DNA of 60,193 nt from a virus (taxonomy: Duplodnaviria > Caudoviricetes), in IMG/VR virus record IMGVR_UViG_3300033148_003082, positions 1-60,193 of that record; one strand, given 5' to 3'. Below are positions 58,188 through 60,193 of this stretch, one piece after another. A program made the translations under genes and the position numbers. Positions within the stretch are counted from its first letter, which is position 1; each line of letters begins with the position of its first letter. The notes beneath the pieces were generated by a model. It searched no databases and was not told where the DNA came from. It was given only the letters and a program-made list of their open reading frames with translations.

Positions 58188-58607
58188 TCACTCCTGTTGG
58201 TTTAGCCAATCAAGAACATATTTGAAATGCCAATACTTTTTACTTCGTCTATTTTCTTCCGCTCCTTTCTCAATCACTCGCTTGGTAATCTCTTCATCGG
58301 TTTCTTTTTTGAACCGCATTGCTTTCTTTGAACCAAGTTGTTCTCTCACAAACGGGAGTACCGTATCGTCATAGAACTTATGAGGTTCTTCGTTATCAAA
58401 CATGGCCAGTATTCTTCTTTCAATCTCGTCAGCCAGGTTGCCATACTCTCCCACACTAGCAAGGCAATTATCTATTTCCGCAAACCTATCTGATATTTCA
58501 TCCATAATTCCATAAACAAGCCTGTGATTTAAGTATCTTTCTATAATATCTTTTATTGCTTCTTTTTTCTCTGCCTGTTCTCTACTTAGTTTTGTTTCAT
58601 CCACCAC
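58188..58607 (-). CDS. Hypothetical protein with ETDEEITKRVIE module
   Basis: GGAGG RBS; shared repeat. Confidence 0.55.
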   Translation of the reverse strand: MVDETKLSREQAEKKEAIKDIIERYLNHRLVYGIMDEISDRFAEIDNCLASVGEYGNLADEIERRILAMFDNEEPHKFYDDTVLPFVREQLGSKKAMRFKKETDEEITKRVIEKGAEENRRSKKYWHFKYVLDWLNQQE

Positions 58608-58719
58608 TCACCCTCCTTTATCTCACTTTGTAATGATTGTATCACATTAAACGTTCTTGTCAACGAACCATTTGTAGTATGAGAACATTTGTGCTAAAAT
58701 TAGGGCTAGGAGGTTTTTT

Positions 58720-59307
58720 ATGGCAAAGAATAAACGAACCGATATGGAGATACTTCAGGATAAAGCCTTGATTTCGGAATTGTTATTAATTGGAAAAGGC
58801 TCTACTGAAATCTCTTTGACTATTAATAGGCAAAGAGCATACAATCTTTCAGAAAGTCAGATAAGATACGATATCAATAAAATCAATGAAGAATGGATTA
58901 CTACTTATTTGGATAATTACGACCAGAGTAAGTCAAAAGAACTTGCCAAAATTGATAAACTGGAACAAGAATATTGGGAAGCTTGGGCAAGGTCCCGTCG
59001 TGGGAAGAAGAAGGTACTTAAGACAACATCTTCAATGAAAGGAACCGAAAATTACGAAGGCACCCAGGATTCGGATAGTAGAAAAGAGGAAACGGAAAGA
59101 ACACCTGGTGACAAAAAGTTCCTAGAAGGTATTCAGTGGTGTATTGACCAGCGTTGTAAAATTCTTGGACTTGACGCTCCGACCAAGATGGATCTTACCT
59201 GGCGTGAAAAAGCAAGGAAATACAAGATGGATCCAGACACAGTTGTTGAAAAACTTACGGAACAATTTGTAGAAGCGGCTGAAAGAGGAATTAAAGACGA
59301 AGTATGA
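58720..59307 (+). CDS. terS: Terminase small subunit
   Basis: N-terminal HTH; CIDQRCKILGLDAP; directly before terL; GGAGG RBS. Confidence 0.8.
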   Translation: MAKNKRTDMEILQDKALISELLLIGKGSTEISLTINRQRAYNLSESQIRYDINKINEEWITTYLDNYDQSKSKELAKIDKLEQEYWEAWARSRRGKKKVLKTTSSMKGTENYEGTQDSDSRKEETERTPGDKKFLEGIQWCIDQRCKILGLDAPTKMDLTWREKARKYKMDPDTVVEKLTEQFVEAAERGIKDEV

Positions 59308-60193
59308 CTCAACAATGGATAGAGTTTGCGGCAGAAGAGGCTTGGGAAGAAGCGCAGAAAAGAATAAAACAAAAAAAGACCGATCAGGAATTTGAGAAAT
59401 ACCAAGACGACCCAGTTGCCTTTGCCGAAGATATTTATAAAGATTTTTTTACAGAAGACATGAAAGAAGTTATGGAATCTGTGAAAAACAATCCTGTCAC
59501 CATTGCCAAGTCGGCGAATTCGGTTGGGAAAACTTTTTCTGCGGCAAAAATCGCACTCTGGTTTTATAGTGTTTATAAAGATAGTAAAGTTTTTCTTACC
59601 GCTGCGCCACCGTTGGACAACTTGAAAAGATTGTTATGGGGAGAAATAGTAAGCGCGATTAATAAAAAACCAGAAATATTTGAAGGCCACAAAAAAAGGT
59701 CTTTATATATTGAGCGCGATCCTCAATCTTTTATTCAGTGTTTGACCATTCCCCAGACGGGAACACAAGAAGAAAGGGAATCAAAATTCAGCGGTAAACA
59801 CAGTAGCCATATGCTTTTTATCGTAGATGAAGGTGACGCTGTTCCAGACGAGGTATATACAGGAATAGAAAGCTGCATGAGTGGGGGACATGCTGGATTG
59901 CTTATAATGTTTAATCCTAGACGCAAAGCAGGAGCTGTTTATCAAAAACAAAAAAATAAAGCAGCAAACATTGTTCAAATTTCGGCCCTAGATCACCCAA
60001 ACGTGATTACAGGGAAGAACTTGATCCCTGGTGCAGTAAACAGGCAAACTGTTGTAAAAAGAATCAATGAGTGGACTAGGCCGTTGAAGGCGAATGAGGA
60101 TAAAGACAAGGTTGAAACATTTGACGTTCCGGAATTTCTCGTAGGTGCCACTGCCATTGCTGACGACGGAGACATTTACGATCCGCTTCCTGG
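59304..60193 (+). CDS. terL: Terminase large subunit (3' end outside window; absent from the ORF track)
   Basis: ATG 59304; YQDDPVAF, Walker A KSANSVGKT, TAAP, Walker B LFIVDEG, FNP. Confidence 0.9.
   Translation, partial: MTQQWIEFAAEEAWEEAQKRIKQKKTDQEFEKYQDDPVAFAEDIYKDFFTEDMKEVMESVKNNPVTIAKSANSVGKTFSAAKIALWFYSVYKDSKVFLTAAPPLDNLKRLLWGEIVSAINKKPEIFEGHKKRSLYIERDPQSFIQCLTIPQTGTQEERESKFSGKHSSHMLFIVDEGDAVPDEVYTGIESCMSGGHAGLLIMFNPRRKAGAVYQKQKNKAANIVQISALDHPNVITGKNLIPGAVNRQTVVKRINEWTRPLKANEDKDKVETFDVPEFLVGATAIADDGDIYDPLP

Overview
This window is a gene-dense stretch of a tailed dsDNA phage genome with a siphovirus-type tail. The host is probably Chloroflexota (Anaerolineae-like SSB, SbcCD and endolysin; AGAAC-N4-GTTCT LexA boxes). 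Layout: 1-16.6 kb (+) glycosyltransferase, head completion, tail and holin genes; 16.7-18.4 kb phosphoesterase and RusA; 18.4-34.6 kb (-) endolysin, SbcCD, recombination and replication genes, homing endonucleases; 34.7-36.9 kb (+) a non-coding RNA cluster with tRNA-Arg and SSB; 37-48.2 kb (-) small accessory and early genes including RtcB, an Rnl2-like ligase, a truncated beta-clamp and an Ocr-like DNA mimic; 48.2-49.1 kb a divergent low-coding gap (possible genome end); 49.1-54.8 kb (+) methyltransferases, an Ntn protease and tRNA-His; 55-58.6 kb (-) DUF5131 with a nested HNH and a nucleotidyltransferase; 58.7 kb to the end, terminase. The most unusual signals are a 96-nt tmRNA-like RNA reduced to its tRNA(Ala)-like domain with no tag reading frame, a ~196-nt tRNA-shaped RNA with expanded arms nearby, a conserved motif at the junctions of small accessory genes, a promoter-bounded sRNA complementary to a distant RBS, and two dual-coding genes. 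All calls come from reading motifs by eye; no database searches or folding programs were run.
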